DNA of 64,000 nt from an uncultured Acidimicrobiales bacterium (GTDB lineage: Bacteria > Actinomycetota > Acidimicrobiia > Acidimicrobiales > CATQHL01): the NCBI GenBank assembly GCA_958295925.1, contig CATQHL010000001.1, positions 755,931 to 819,930 on the forward strand. Reading direction: 5' to 3'. How positions within the stretch are numbered: position 1 is the stretch's first letter; every line of letters starts with the position of its first letter. The translations under genes were made by a program, and so were the position numbers. This document shows, piece by piece, positions 26,249 to 34,988 of the stretch. The notes under the pieces were generated by a model. It was given only the letters and a program-made list of their open reading frames with translations, was not told where the DNA came from and ran no database searches.

Positions 26249-27798
26249 ACCCGACGCCTCCCTTGCCAGTACTTGTCACGTATCTCCCGCTTGGCGATCT
26301 TGCCCACGGCGTTCTTGGGCAGGGCATCCATGAATTCCACCCTCTCCGGCACCTTTATTGACGTCAGATCCGAAGAGCGGCAGTGCTCGATCAGCTCTTT
26401 GGAGGTGGCGGCGCCCCCTTCCTTCAACGCCACCGCCGCCAGAATCGCCTCGCCCCAGCCGGGGTCTGGGACACCCACCACCGAGCACTCCAGCACCGCA
26501 GGGTGGCGGTACAGCACCTGCTCGATTTCGGCGGGGGCAATGTTCAAGCCGCCTCTAATGATCAGGTTCTTGATGCGGTCGACTATGTAGATGAATCCCT
26601 CCTCGTCCACCTCGGCCAAGTCCCCTGAGTGCATCCATCCGTCGCGCAACGACTCGGCGGTGCGCTCAGGGTCGCGGTGGTAGCCCTTCATGGTGTAGGG
26701 CCCGCCGAAAATCACTTCCCCGCGCTCGCCCGGGGGCACGTCCCGACGCTCGGAGTCGACCACCCGCACCGCCACCGAGTAGGACGGCTGCCCGCAGGAG
26801 GCCAGCAGTTCGAGGCGTTCGGCCAGCCCACGAGCGTGATCCTCCTTGCGCAGCATGGTGCCGATTGAGGCAATCTCGGCCATCCCGTAGAGCTGGTTGA
26901 ACACGTTGCCGAAGCGGCCCACCAAATCCGCCAGACGCTCCGGCGGGATGGGGGAAGACCCGTAACCCAGGGTGATCAGCCCTTTTAGCCGGGCGTCCTC
27001 GACTGGCGGCAGCCGATCGAGCAGGCGCATGAGTTGCGTGGGCACCAGGAAGGAGTGCGACACCCTTTGGCGCTCGACGATCTCGGCATACCCCCTTGGC
27101 TCGAAGTTGCGGCTGTCGCGGAAACCAAGCGCCGCCCCCATCATCAAACAAGGCACGATGGTGATGTTCACGCTGGAGTTGTGGGGAATCTGCAACAGAT
27201 AGCGGCTGGAGTGATCGATTTCGTACTCCAGGGCCGTGACTGTCCCGTGCGCAAGAACCCTGGCGTGGTCGAACAGCACGCCCTTTGGCCGCCCTGTGGT
27301 GCCACTGGTGTAGACGATGCAGAAGTCGTCGTGCGGGCGCACATCCATCAGGGAGGACGGCTGCGACGGCGAAGCGGCCGCCAGCATCTCCGCGTAGGGC
27401 GCCCCGTCGATGTTCCAGACCTCCAGAGCGCAACTCTCGGCGACGGCTGCGGTCTGCGGCAGGTGCTCGGTGTCGGTGAACAGCAGGCGCGGCTCGGCGT
27501 TCTCCACGATCTGCTCAAGCTCGGTGGCCCCCAGGCGGAAGCCGAGCCCCACATAGACCGCGCCCGCTTTCGTAACACCCCCGAGAACCTCCACAACTTC
27601 GGGGCGGTTGGCCACCATCAGCGCCACACGATCGCCCCTTGACACCCCCAATCGATCTCGCAAGGCGTTGGCCAGGCGGTTGGTGCGCTCCTCGAGTTCA
27701 GCCCACGTCACGCTGCGCCTCTGCGGGCCGACATCAAAGAGCGCGTCGGCCCCAGGCCAACGGAGGGCGTTGCGCCTAAAGGCCACGCCGACGTTCAT
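26245..27798 (-). CDS. AMP-dependent acyl-CoA ligase
   Basis: 'IVYTSGTTGRPKGV' (AMP motif), 'YGMAE', 'GDLAEVDEEGFIYIVDRIKNLII' and 'PKNAVGKI'. ATG 27798 overlaps the upstream stop (ATGA). Confidence 0.85.
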   Translation of the reverse strand: MNVGVAFRRNALRWPGADALFDVGPQRRSVTWAELEERTNRLANALRDRLGVSRGDRVALMVANRPEVVEVLGGVTKAGAVYVGLGFRLGATELEQIVENAEPRLLFTDTEHLPQTAAVAESCALEVWNIDGAPYAEMLAAASPSQPSSLMDVRPHDDFCIVYTSGTTGRPKGVLFDHARVLAHGTVTALEYEIDHSSRYLLQIPHNSSVNITIVPCLMMGAALGFRDSRNFEPRGYAEIVERQRVSHSFLVPTQLMRLLDRLPPVEDARLKGLITLGYGSSPIPPERLADLVGRFGNVFNQLYGMAEIASIGTMLRKEDHARGLAERLELLASCGQPSYSVAVRVVDSERRDVPPGERGEVIFGGPYTMKGYHRDPERTAESLRDGWMHSGDLAEVDEEGFIYIVDRIKNLIIRGGLNIAPAEIEQVLYRHPAVLECSVVGVPDPGWGEAILAAVALKEGGAATSKELIEHCRSSDLTSIKVPERVEFMDALPKNAVGKIAKREIRDKYWQGRRRV

Positions 27799-28277
27799 GC
27801 CGCGTCCTCCGATGCGGCCGGGGTGAAAGCCGGCAATAGTTCCCCGTTTGGCCCTGGCACGAACCGCACGACAACCTGCATGCCTATGCGCACCCGCTCG
27901 GGCTCGCACCCCACTATCCAGGTAAGCATGCTCCAGGCGTCGCGATCGTCTTCCCCGTAGTCATCCGTGTCGCCCCCAGACCTCCCGTTGGCTGGCCAGT
28001 CCCCCTCGCAGACGTCAACCACCGCCAGCACGTATGGCGGGGAGAACTCTGGCGTAGGAGGGCGGTGCACCGTGGTGTGGCTGTAGACGACCCCCCGCCC
28101 GCTGCTGGGCTGATAGCTCCAGTCGCCGGACTGGCAGCGCCCGCAGACCACCTGCGGCACAAAAAAACTGCGCCTGCAAACCGAGCAGACCGGACGCACC
28201 AACTCTCTGCGATCGACATGTTCCCAGAACGGCCCTGTCAGCGGCCTTTCGCTGCGGGCCAGAGGCTCTGCAGGCAT
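27795..28277 (-). CDS. DUF35 Zn-ribbon/OB-fold protein
   Basis: 4-Cys ribbon 'CSVCRRSFFVPQVVCGRC', then an OB-fold-like 'GRGVVYSHTTVH..YVLAVVDV..RIGMQVVVRF'. Confidence 0.75.
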   Translation of the reverse strand: MPAEPLARSERPLTGPFWEHVDRRELVRPVCSVCRRSFFVPQVVCGRCQSGDWSYQPSSGRGVVYSHTTVHRPPTPEFSPPYVLAVVDVCEGDWPANGRSGGDTDDYGEDDRDAWSMLTWIVGCEPERVRIGMQVVVRFVPGPNGELLPAFTPAASEDAA

Positions 28278-28354
28278 CAGGCCCTCACCAGACGAGCCGT
28301 GCCGTCGGCGGGCTTTGCCTGCCCTGCGTCAACGGGTTCAACCGGCACCCCCGC

Positions 28355-29230
28355 TCAGTCCGGCTCGAACATCAGCAGCGCCAGAGCCGCCTCGCTCACG
28401 GGCATACCCACCTCCACCCCACGCTGCCTGGCAGGCCGGTTGCACGCCCCCACCCTGCCGATCTCGTAGGCCTTGAAGGCGTCGCCGATGGGGGCCGTCC
28501 AACAGTCAAATGATCCGCCCGCCAGTCCGTGGCGCTCCACGATGGACAGCCCGGCGATGCCTGCGTCGTTCTTGCCCCGCCCCCCGTCGGCGCAGACGAA
28601 GCCATGCGGGGAGACCTCCAGCAGGAAATTGGCCCCGCTGCGGCCGGTGTGGCCGGCCGTCACCAGCACGTTCCGGCAGTCCTGTGGAAGGGCGAAGACG
28701 ATGGAGTCGGTCACCACCAGATCCCGGCCGGTCGGGGAGGTGGCCTTCACCTCGCGACGGATCTTCGTTCCGCTGTCCACCTCACCTGCCGGGTCGTTGC
28801 AGGCCAGCAGCCGCGCCGCCTCCGATACCGGCATTCCTTCAGCTACGCCGCAGCGCTCCGCGTAGATGTTGAGCCTGCTGATCACGCCGTGCGTGTACTG
28901 GTCGGCCCCGTTTCCGAGTTCGGCCGAGGCTGCTGCGGCAGTGGCGGCCGGTATGCCCAGCGCCTCCAGATACCACAGCCCTGCAATACCCGCCCCGTCC
29001 ATCCCGACTGAGCCGTCGTGGCCGATCACCGCGCGCGGGCGGTGCGGAGCCATCAGGCGTGCGGGAAGCACCCCCAGGTAGGAGGCGGGCACCACCACGT
29101 CACGTTCGGCGTTGCGTCCGTCCACATACCGGGCGGAATCCATGCTGATCACCCGTCGGTCCCCGTAAACGGCCACCACGTCCTGCGGGTGATCGTCCTC
29201 ATTCGAGAGCAGAGGTGCTTCTTCCGCCAT
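28355..29230 (-). CDS. uncharacterised internally duplicated protein (paralogue of 36662..37513)
   Basis: Two halves each end in 'GV[AE][EV]GMPVSEAA.[LA]L' and each contains 'GH.G..G.DGAGIAGL'-like strings. Clearly similar to the 283-aa product of 36662..37513. Confidence 0.65.
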   Translation of the reverse strand: MAEEAPLLSNEDDHPQDVVAVYGDRRVISMDSARYVDGRNAERDVVVPASYLGVLPARLMAPHRPRAVIGHDGSVGMDGAGIAGLWYLEALGIPAATAAAASAELGNGADQYTHGVISRLNIYAERCGVAEGMPVSEAARLLACNDPAGEVDSGTKIRREVKATSPTGRDLVVTDSIVFALPQDCRNVLVTAGHTGRSGANFLLEVSPHGFVCADGGRGKNDAGIAGLSIVERHGLAGGSFDCWTAPIGDAFKAYEIGRVGACNRPARQRGVEVGMPVSEAALALLMFEPD

Positions 29231-29330
29231 TTCCTTCGCCTCCCTTTAGTTCAGGCTCTCTCAGTCAGGGCCCGCCCGCCCTCGCGGCACGCTGAGCTTC
29301 GCCCTCGCAGGCCGCGCTGACAGGGGAGAA

Positions 29331-30359
29331 TCAGCTCCACAGGTGCGCCGCCCGGCGCTCCAGCCTCAGCAGTCGGGAGGCGTTGGCATTGAGCGTCTCC
29401 CGCAAATCGCCAACCTGCGGGCCAGCGCCCCTGTCCCAGCCCCCGAAGTTGGTGCCGTAGACCAGCCGGCCGATGCCCAGCGATGAAGCCACGAAGTCAA
29501 ACTCCTGCTCGCCTGCGACATGGCAGTCAAACCAGAGACGGGCCAGTTGGTCTTCAAACTCCCCTTCGGGTCGCAGCCACTCCGGGGCCGCCGGGCGACG
29601 CTCAGCAAGTTTGCGCAGCTTTGACCGCGCCAGCGCAAACGATCCCCCGCCGTGGCTGAGACAGATGTCCAGGCGCGGGTGGCGTCGAAGCACCCCGCCG
29701 AAGATCAGCGTGGCGGCGACTATCGCCTCCTCAAAGGAGTACTCCAGCACCAGATCGAGGTCCCAGCGGCGCAGGCGGGGATCGCGCAGCGGCCCGTCAA
29801 TTCCTGACTGGCAGGGATGCATGAACAGCGGCACGTCCAGTTCCACGCAGGTGGCGTAGAGGTCGTCCATGGCAGTGTCGTCAATCGCTGTACCGAAGTC
29901 GGTGCCGATGTAGCCGCCGAGCAGCCCCAGATCGCCCACAATCCGGCGCAGTTCCCTACAAGCGGCTCCGATGTCCTGCATTGGCAGGGCGCCGAGCCCC
30001 ACGAACTTCGCCGGGTGCGCTCGAACCACCTCGGCAAGGCTGTCGTTGTGGGCTCCGCAGAAATCCGCCGCCAAACCTGGCTCGATGAAGTGCAGGTAGG
30101 TGAGAGGGTTGGGCGAGAGGGCCTGCAGACCTATGCCGGCCCGCTCCATCGCCTCGAGCCGCAGGTCGGCCTCGATGAACAGCGACCCCCTGTACGCAAC
30201 GCCGTCGAGCTGATAGTCGCCCACCCGAAACCAGGGGACGCCGTCGCGACGACAGCCGATCTCCGGGCCGCAGATTCCGGCCTTGCCCATCGAATCCTCC
30301 AGCACGACGTGGGCGTGCGTGTCAACGAGACCGCCTACGGGAGGCGCCCCCAGGCTCAA
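29331..30359 (-). CDS. amidohydrolase-2 (ACMSD-like) family metal-dependent hydrolase/decarboxylase
   Basis: 'LVDTHAHVV' and 'ICLSHGGGSF'. TTG 30359 with GGAGGGG upstream overlaps the stop of the preceding gene (TTGA). Confidence 0.75.
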   Translation of the reverse strand: MSLGAPPVGGLVDTHAHVVLEDSMGKAGICGPEIGCRRDGVPWFRVGDYQLDGVAYRGSLFIEADLRLEAMERAGIGLQALSPNPLTYLHFIEPGLAADFCGAHNDSLAEVVRAHPAKFVGLGALPMQDIGAACRELRRIVGDLGLLGGYIGTDFGTAIDDTAMDDLYATCVELDVPLFMHPCQSGIDGPLRDPRLRRWDLDLVLEYSFEEAIVAATLIFGGVLRRHPRLDICLSHGGGSFALARSKLRKLAERRPAAPEWLRPEGEFEDQLARLWFDCHVAGEQEFDFVASSLGIGRLVYGTNFGGWDRGAGPQVGDLRETLNANASRLLRLERRAAHLWS

Positions 30360-31126
30360 GCCCGCCCCTCCATGATCCCGTCGGCCCCCGGCAGCCAGGA
30401 TGCCACGCCCGCCACGGGGATTGCGCAAAGCACAGACTCGGTGATCTCAGCCTCGCTGCAGCCGGCCCTGCGAGCACCGTTTGCGTGCACGTCCACGAAA
30501 CGGGCGGAGAACTCTGCAGCGTTGATGGTGCAGAGGAGCAACTCGGCATGTCGGACATCGAGGATGTTCTCGCCCAGCGACCATTCGCGCATGAGCACGT
30601 AACCCTCGAGGGCACGGGGGGCTTCCTCGGCCATGAGCTTCACATATTCGGGCACAAACCCGAAATAGTTCTCGAAGTAGTCCAGACAGGCTTGGCGGTC
30701 AAGGTTGTAGTCGGGAGCCTCCTCAGTGGGCTGCAGCAGTTCGTCGTCGTAAACGGCGTCCACTGCGGCGTTGAATGATTCGTACACGGCCTCACCCCGC
30801 GAGATGAGCACCGTCAAGGCTGCGCCGCGTGAGTCCGACAGGGACAGGCCCAGCGCCTTGGCCCTCTTTAGCTGGTGGTAGAGCATGTGGCTGTGGCCTT
30901 TGACGGCTGCGGCGCATGCCATGTACATGGCCTTCGCCCAGGCCGGGCAGGCGCCGTCGGTGTCGGTGACCTCCCGGATGCGGGCAAGGCCCTCGGCGAA
31001 CTTTGGGGAGACGGCGTCAATCTGCCCGCTGGCCAGCGCCGGGCTGCCGAGGCTCGAGCGCTCTGCATTGCCAGCCAGGGCAGACGAGGCCGCTGCCTCG
31101 TTGGGCCGGGGTGCTTTCGTTGACAT
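30356..31126 (-). CDS. carboxymuconolactone decarboxylase (AhpD-like) family protein, two CMD repeats
   Basis: 'CPAWAKAMYMACAAAVKGHSHMLYHQLKRAKALGLS' and 'LLLCTINAAEFSARFVDVHANGARRAGCSEAEITE'. Confidence 0.65.
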   Translation of the reverse strand: MSTKAPRPNEAAASSALAGNAERSSLGSPALASGQIDAVSPKFAEGLARIREVTDTDGACPAWAKAMYMACAAAVKGHSHMLYHQLKRAKALGLSLSDSRGAALTVLISRGEAVYESFNAAVDAVYDDELLQPTEEAPDYNLDRQACLDYFENYFGFVPEYVKLMAEEAPRALEGYVLMREWSLGENILDVRHAELLLCTINAAEFSARFVDVHANGARRAGCSEAEITESVLCAIPVAGVASWLPGADGIMEGRA

Positions 31127-31136
31127 GTGGAACCCC

Positions 31137-31889
31137 CTAGATCCTGGCCAACTCCCCCCCGTCGATCAGGAAGCTGGAGCCAGTAATGAACTCCGACAGC
31201 GGGGAGGCCAGGTAGCACACCAGCGGGCCAACCTCAGGCGGGTCGCCCATGCGTCGAAGGGGAATCTTCCTGAGCCGTTCTGCCAGCAGATCCTCGTCTG
31301 CCGCCAACTCGCTCTGGACGTCAGTACGAAAAGCCCCTGGCGACACAAGATTTACCCTGATGCGGTGACGAGCCCACTCCCCTGAAAGAGCCTCGGTCAG
31401 ACGCAGCAGCGCACCCTTGGACGCTGAATAGACGGCAAGCAGGGGCTTTCCCCTGTGCCCTGTTGTGGAGCCGATGTTGATGATTGACCCGGGCTTGCCC
31501 TCGTCGAAAAAGTGAGCTGCAGCCGCACGCGCCAGCAGGGCAGGCGCCAATACGTTGACGTGAAAGACGTCGGCGAGTACCTCCTCGTCCTGCTCGAGGA
31601 AGTCGCCCCCCGGGACAATGCCTGCGTTGTTCACCACGCAGTCGAGGCGGCCGAAACGCTCAAGGGCGGCGTCCACAAGCGCAGCAACCGCCTCGCCGTC
31701 CCGCAAATCGCATCGAAACGGCTCGATCCTCCCGTCGTGGGCCGCGGCAAGCGCCTCTAGGACGTCCATCGAGCGGGCCGCCGCCAGCACCTTCGCCCCT
31801 TCACTCGCAAGAGCCTCGGCCGCCGCCATTCCCAACCCCCTGCTGGCGCCGGTTACCACCACCACACTGTCGTCTAGCGCAAAATCCAT
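31137..31889 (-). CDS. SDR-family oxidoreductase (tandem paralogue 1)
   Basis: 'VVVVTGASRGLG', 'NNAG' and 'YSASKGAL'. Start set at 'MDFAL' by comparison with the paralogue. Confidence 0.85.
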   Translation of the reverse strand: MDFALDDSVVVVTGASRGLGMAAAEALASEGAKVLAAARSMDVLEALAAAHDGRIEPFRCDLRDGEAVAALVDAALERFGRLDCVVNNAGIVPGGDFLEQDEEVLADVFHVNVLAPALLARAAAAHFFDEGKPGSIINIGSTTGHRGKPLLAVYSASKGALLRLTEALSGEWARHRIRVNLVSPGAFRTDVQSELAADEDLLAERLRKIPLRRMGDPPEVGPLVCYLASPLSEFITGSSFLIDGGELARI

Positions 31890-31925
31890 CATCCCCTGGC
31901 TTGTAGGCGGCTGCACGACGCCAAC

Positions 31926-32678
31926 TCAAAGCTTGGCCAGCTCGCCTCCGTCCATCACGTAGCAGGCACCCGTCACGAACTCTGAGAGAGGGGAGGCCAG
32001 GTAGCACACCAGCGGGCCCAACTCCGGGGGCTGGCCCATGCGCCGGAGGGGGATCTTCCGCAGCCGGGCGGCGAGCATCTTCTCGTCTGCCACCACCTGA
32101 TGTTGCGCAGCGGTGAGGAATGCCCCGGGGGCGATGAGGTTTACACGAATGCCGTGGCGAGCCCACTCCCCGGAAAGAGCCTCGGTAAGACGCAGCAAGG
32201 CGCCCTTGGACGCGGAGTAGGCGGCCAGGATCGGCTTGCCCCTCAGGCTGGACGTGGAGCCGACGTTGATGATCGAGCCAGGCTTGTCCTCGTCGACGAA
32301 GTGGGCCGCAGCCGCACGCGCCAGCAGGGCAGGCGCCAGGGTGTTGACACGAAAAACGTCCTTTATCACCTCTACGTCCATTTCCAGAAAGCTCCCTGCA
32401 GGGGCTATGCCCGCATTGTTCACCACGCAGTCCAGCCGCCCAAAACGCTCGAGGGCGGCGTCCACAAGCGCAGTGACAGCCTCGCCGTCCCTCATATCGC
32501 AGCGAAACGGCTCGATCCTCCCGTCGTGGGCCGCAGCGAGCGCCTCTAGGTCGCCGAGCGAGCGAGCCGCCGCCAGCACCCTTGCCCCCTCGTTCGAAAG
32601 AGCCTCGGCCGCGGCTGCGCCCAACCCGCGGCTCGCCCCGGTCACGATTACAACTTTGTCGGACAGGTGAAAGTCCAC
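31926..32678 (-). CDS. SDR-family oxidoreductase (tandem paralogue 2)
   Basis: 'VVIVTGASRGLG', 'NNAG' and 'YSASKGAL'. Long identical stretches with 31137..31889, e.g. 'AAHDGRIEPFRCD' and 'LVDAALERFGRLDCVVNNAGI'. Confidence 0.88.
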   Translation of the reverse strand: MDFHLSDKVVIVTGASRGLGAAAAEALSNEGARVLAAARSLGDLEALAAAHDGRIEPFRCDMRDGEAVTALVDAALERFGRLDCVVNNAGIAPAGSFLEMDVEVIKDVFRVNTLAPALLARAAAAHFVDEDKPGSIINVGSTSSLRGKPILAAYSASKGALLRLTEALSGEWARHGIRVNLIAPGAFLTAAQHQVVADEKMLAARLRKIPLRRMGQPPELGPLVCYLASPLSEFVTGACYVMDGGELAKL

Positions 32679-32822
32679 TCAACCCCACGTTCTTATGCTG
32701 AGCACAGTGCTCCTCTTAAATTAGCCCTGTTCATACAGTATCAATACTCCCCGTATGCTGACTTTACTGCTGAGGGCGAGCGCCTAGGAACGGGGTCGGC
32801 TTCAGCAGAATCTGGACTCCAC

Positions 32823-34001
32823 CTAGCGGGCTTCGGCGGCTTCCCGGCAGAGGCGGGCGGCCACGCCAAGGCGCAGCACCTCGGAAGTTCCTTCGTAAAT
32901 GCGCATAGGGCGGGCCTGCCGATAGTACTGCTCGATTTTCGAGCCGCGTATGAGGCCCCAGCGCCCCATCACCTGCACGCAGCGGTCCACCACGCGGCTA
33001 GCCGCCTCGGTGGCTGCCAGCTTGGCCAGGGAGGAGCGGTCAAGGCTGCTGGCGGGATCGGCGGAAGCCGCGTTGGCGGCGCTGTAGGCGAGCAGCCTTG
33101 TCGACTCCAGGTCGGCCCAGGAATCGGCCAGCAGGCCAGCCACCGGCCCAATCCTCACCAGAGGCCGACCGAACTGCCGGCGCTCGGCGGCGTGCAGGGC
33201 GGCGATCTCCAGCGCCCCCTCCATCAACCCGACGGCGGCGCCCGCAACCGAGGAGCGAAACACCGACAGCACCGACAGCACGTTCCCCAACCCACCCCCT
33301 GGTGGGCCCAACCGCATCTCCGGGGCGAGCCTGACGTTGGCAAAGGTCACCTCCCCAAGGACGTGCGGGGCGATGATCTCCGGCGAGGGGGCAACCGAAA
33401 CGCCCTGAGTGCCGGCCGGCACAAGCACCAGGGAGAGGACGGCCTTGCCGTCGGCGGCGGGCTGCGACTCCCGCGCGAGGGTGGTGAAAAAGCCCGCAAC
33501 CGGCGCATTGGAGATGAACGACTTGCGACCGCTCAGGCTGAGATGGTCGCCGTGATCGGTGACGGTGGTCGTGACAGACCGCAAGTCGGATCCCGCTTCC
33601 GGCTCGGTAACAGCCAATGCAGCAAGGATCTCCCCGGAGGCAACCCCGGGCAGCCACTCCCGACACAGCGCGTCGGCCCCTGCGATGGCGATGGCGTAGC
33701 TGCCGATGCCCTGGAGGGCGAACAGCGCATCGAGATGGGACGACACCTTCATGCACGCCTGGCGAGCCAGGCAAACCGCCAGGGAGTCCACATTCTCGAA
33801 GCGTCCGCCGTAGGTCGCCGGCACCACAATCTCGCTCAGTCGACTGTCGCGCAGGGCCGCCAGGGTGGGGACATGCAGATCAGAGCATTCGTCGGCCTCA
33901 ATGGCGAAAGGCCGCACGCTCTCAGCAAGGTCGCGGGCCTCGGCAAGAATCGACTCATGGCGTGGGGAGAGCTGGAAGAGCTGCACGGAAATTGGGAGCA
34001 T
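32823..34001 (-). CDS. acyl-CoA dehydrogenase
   Basis: 'LAVTEPEAGSDLRSVTTTVTDHGDHLSLSGRKSFISNA' and 'IYEGTSEV'. ATG 34001 ('MLPISVQLF'); the upstream codons of ORF 32823..34229 are Arg/Ser-rich junk. Confidence 0.85.
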   Translation of the reverse strand: MLPISVQLFQLSPRHESILAEARDLAESVRPFAIEADECSDLHVPTLAALRDSRLSEIVVPATYGGRFENVDSLAVCLARQACMKVSSHLDALFALQGIGSYAIAIAGADALCREWLPGVASGEILAALAVTEPEAGSDLRSVTTTVTDHGDHLSLSGRKSFISNAPVAGFFTTLARESQPAADGKAVLSLVLVPAGTQGVSVAPSPEIIAPHVLGEVTFANVRLAPEMRLGPPGGGLGNVLSVLSVFRSSVAGAAVGLMEGALEIAALHAAERRQFGRPLVRIGPVAGLLADSWADLESTRLLAYSAANAASADPASSLDRSSLAKLAATEAASRVVDRCVQVMGRWGLIRGSKIEQYYRQARPMRIYEGTSEVLRLGVAARLCREAAEAR

Positions 34002-34161
34002 AACGGGATTGTCCGACGGGCGGGATTCCCGACAATCGGCTCGGCTGCCTATAGTGCTGCGGGATTGACAAGAGACGCCGGCCGCGCAGGGCGCATATGG
34101 CTGGCGGCATCGCTGGACGACATCGACTGGACGACATCGAATCGAGGAGACCGACACTCTC

Positions 34162-34932
34162 ATGAGCGACACAATCATCGATCGGCGCGGCGAGGTGCTG
34201 TGGATTCGCCTGAACCGCCCGGAACGCATGAACTCCTACGACCGGAACACCTCCGACGAAATCGTCGCCGCCCTGCGGGCGAACGCACGGGCGCGGGCGG
34301 TGGTAATCACCGGGGAGGGGCGGGCGTTCTGCGCGGGCGGCTACCTGTCGAACCTGGCCGACCCAGACCACTGGGAGCTGCACTCCATGTTCAAGGGCAG
34401 CCTGGAGATGTTCGACGCCATACGTTCCGCGCCGATGCCGGTAATCGCCGCAGTGAACGGCCCGGCCTTCGGCGGCGGGAACGAGTTGGTGGTGGTGTGC
34501 GACTTGGCGATAGCAGCCGAAAGCGCCACCTTCGGGCAGACCGGCGTGAAGGTGGGCAGCGCCCCCGTGCTGGGGGGGACGAATCTCATTGCCCTGAACG
34601 TCGGGGAGAAGAAGGCCAAGGAAGTGGCATTTCTGTGCCGCAAGTACACGGCAGCAGAGGCCCTCAGGCTGGGCTGGATCAACGCCGTGGTGCCAGACGA
34701 GAAGCTGGAGGACGAAGTGAACACCTGGTGCGAGGAGATCTGCGCCATGTCTGCCCGCTACCTGGAGATTGCAAAGATCAGTTCCAACTACTGGTGGAAC
34801 GCCATGAGGGACAACTTCCAGTCTGGGCTGGGCATGCTCATGCAGGCAGTCGGCTCCCCGGACATGCTGGAGGGCGCAACGGCGTTCATGGAAAAGCGCA
34901 AACCGAACTTCCCGCCACGCGACGCCCGCTGA
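34162..34932 (+). CDS. enoyl-CoA hydratase/isomerase (crotonase) family
   Basis: 'VVITGEGRAFCAGG', 'AAVNGPAFGGGNELVVVCDLAIAAESATFGQ' and 'FMEKRKPNF'. Confidence 0.88.
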   Translation: MSDTIIDRRGEVLWIRLNRPERMNSYDRNTSDEIVAALRANARARAVVITGEGRAFCAGGYLSNLADPDHWELHSMFKGSLEMFDAIRSAPMPVIAAVNGPAFGGGNELVVVCDLAIAAESATFGQTGVKVGSAPVLGGTNLIALNVGEKKAKEVAFLCRKYTAAEALRLGWINAVVPDEKLEDEVNTWCEEICAMSARYLEIAKISSNYWWNAMRDNFQSGLGMLMQAVGSPDMLEGATAFMEKRKPNFPPRDAR

Positions 34933-34988
34933 GCCGACCGGCCGGGCTGACGACAAACCCCAACCCAAGTGCCTGGCAACCCCCAGAG

